DNA of 51,196 nt from Candidatus Omnitrophota bacterium (GTDB lineage Bacteria; Omnitrophota; Gorgyraeia; 2-01-FULL-45-10): contig JAGVGJ010000005.1 in assembly GCA_020057115.1 (NCBI GenBank), positions 1 through 51,196 of the forward strand, written 5' to 3'. Positions within the stretch are counted from its first letter, which is position 1. Every line of letters starts with the position of its first letter. The notes below the pieces were generated by a model. The model worked only from the letters and a program-made list of their open reading frames with translations. It was not told where the DNA came from and ran no database searches. The position numbers and the translations under genes were made by a program. Positions 50,310 to 51,196 of the stretch are shown here, one piece after another.

Positions 50310-50996
50310 CTATATGCCCCTTGAGAGCGCAAGGCACCGTACTTCCTTGGCGCCGTTCTCCATCAAGATCTTTGCGCACTCATCAAACGTTGCCCCGGTG
50401 GTCATGACATCATCTATAAGAAGCACCTTAAGCCCCGCGGTCTGCCTCTTGTCCCTTATCCCGAAAGCGCCTATAAGGTTAGTGAGCCTCTCTTCTCTGG
50501 AGAGCTCGTTCTGCGGCCTCGTCCGCCGTATCTTTTTGAGCACATCCACGAGCGGCAGGCCCAGCGCTCTTGCTATCCTGCCGGCGAGGACCTGGGAATG
50601 GTTGTAATCGCGCTTGGATATCAGATTATCCTGCATCGGGACGAATGTGACTGCATTGATGCCGCAGGTCAGGGCCTCATCGCTTGAAGCGGCCTCTATC
50701 ATGTAAGAAGAGAGCGCCTCGGCCAGCGTTATCTTTCCCTTGTATTTGAACGAATGGATAAGCTCTTTCAGGATACCTTCATATATGCAGGCTGATCGGG
50801 CGATGGTAAAGTGGCGCCCCGCATCTTTCGATTCGGACTGCGCATGCGCGTTTTTCTTTATGCGTCCGGCGCACGACACGCATACCGGCGCTGCGCTATC
50901 CGCAGCCATGCTCTTCTTGCAGGATTCGCAGTAGCGCGGGTAGAGGAGATTTATGAGATTTTTCGCGATCGCCTTCAATGTCATAGCCGATATCAT
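50310..50996 (-). CDS. comF: ComF-family protein (zinc ribbon + PRTase)
   Basis: CESC..CVSC, IHSFKY, RDYNHS, LIDDVMTTGAT. Confidence 0.85.
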   Translation of the reverse strand: MISAMTLKAIAKNLINLLYPRYCESCKKSMAADSAAPVCVSCAGRIKKNAHAQSESKDAGRHFTIARSACIYEGILKELIHSFKYKGKITLAEALSSYMIEAASSDEALTCGINAVTFVPMQDNLISKRDYNHSQVLAGRIARALGLPLVDVLKKIRRTRPQNELSREERLTNLIGAFGIRDKRQTAGLKVLLIDDVMTTGATFDECAKILMENGAKEVRCLALSRGI

Positions 50997-51009
50997 AGCA
51001 CGGGGTAGG

Positions 51010-51196
51010 CCTAAAACTCAAGCCAGTTCGCACTGAAAATTTTCCCCCGCAGAGAAGGGGACAGGTCCTAGCTTGCAGTCAATCTCAGAAGGACCTGTCC
51101 CCTTCGGGGTCGGCCTTTTGTTCAGTCGAAAAAGGGGAGCCTGCGGAACTCGGCCCATATGAATGGGCCTCAAACATCCTCGGCTCTTTTGATATC
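51010..51196. repeat. Composite palindromic/REP-like element running to the window end
   Basis: CGCACTGAAAATTT shared with 31955; GAAGGGGACAGGTCCT/AGGACCTGTCCCCTTC; GGCCCAT/ATGGGCC. Confidence 0.55.

Overview
Bacterial chromosomal window (~51 kb), mostly + strand housekeeping and signalling genes. Gene style, gene order and repeat content suggest a PVC-superphylum anaerobe such as Ca. Omnitrophota; this is inference, not a database result. In order: a possible IS end; der; nitronate monooxygenase; two unannotated small genes; a signalling block (OmpR/PhoB-type regulator, a Pho-box-like array upstream of a ferritin-like/ChaN-TraB-like fusion, an AraC-type response regulator frameshifted by a 20-bp duplication, a PAS histidine kinase, two receivers); a six-gene hyf-like operon whose large subunit lacks the NiFe cysteine pairs (Ehr type) and whose leader contains a terminator; YhaM, a nitrilase-family hydrolase and secreted hypotheticals; a cluster of alpha/beta-hydrolase lipoprotein, Cache-domain pentameric ligand-gated ion channel-like protein and PP2C phosphatase; pcm, DAHP synthase, RNA-modification enzymes, hemW, a degenerate GGDEF protein, Tat-signal AmrS, a spermidine-synthase-like membrane protein and tatA/tatC; four tRNAs with a duplicated tRNA-Arg 5' half and a ~180-nt structured repeat abutting two tRNAs; then PTS (EIIA, yvcK, HPr, EI), PGI/PMI, metK, ahcY, aldolase, lptF/G and comF. 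Best leads: the hydrolase/pLGIC/phosphatase cluster, the tRNA-abutting repeat, the Ehr operon with its attenuator-like leader, and the Pho-box-preceded fusion protein. All family calls are from motif recognition by eye.
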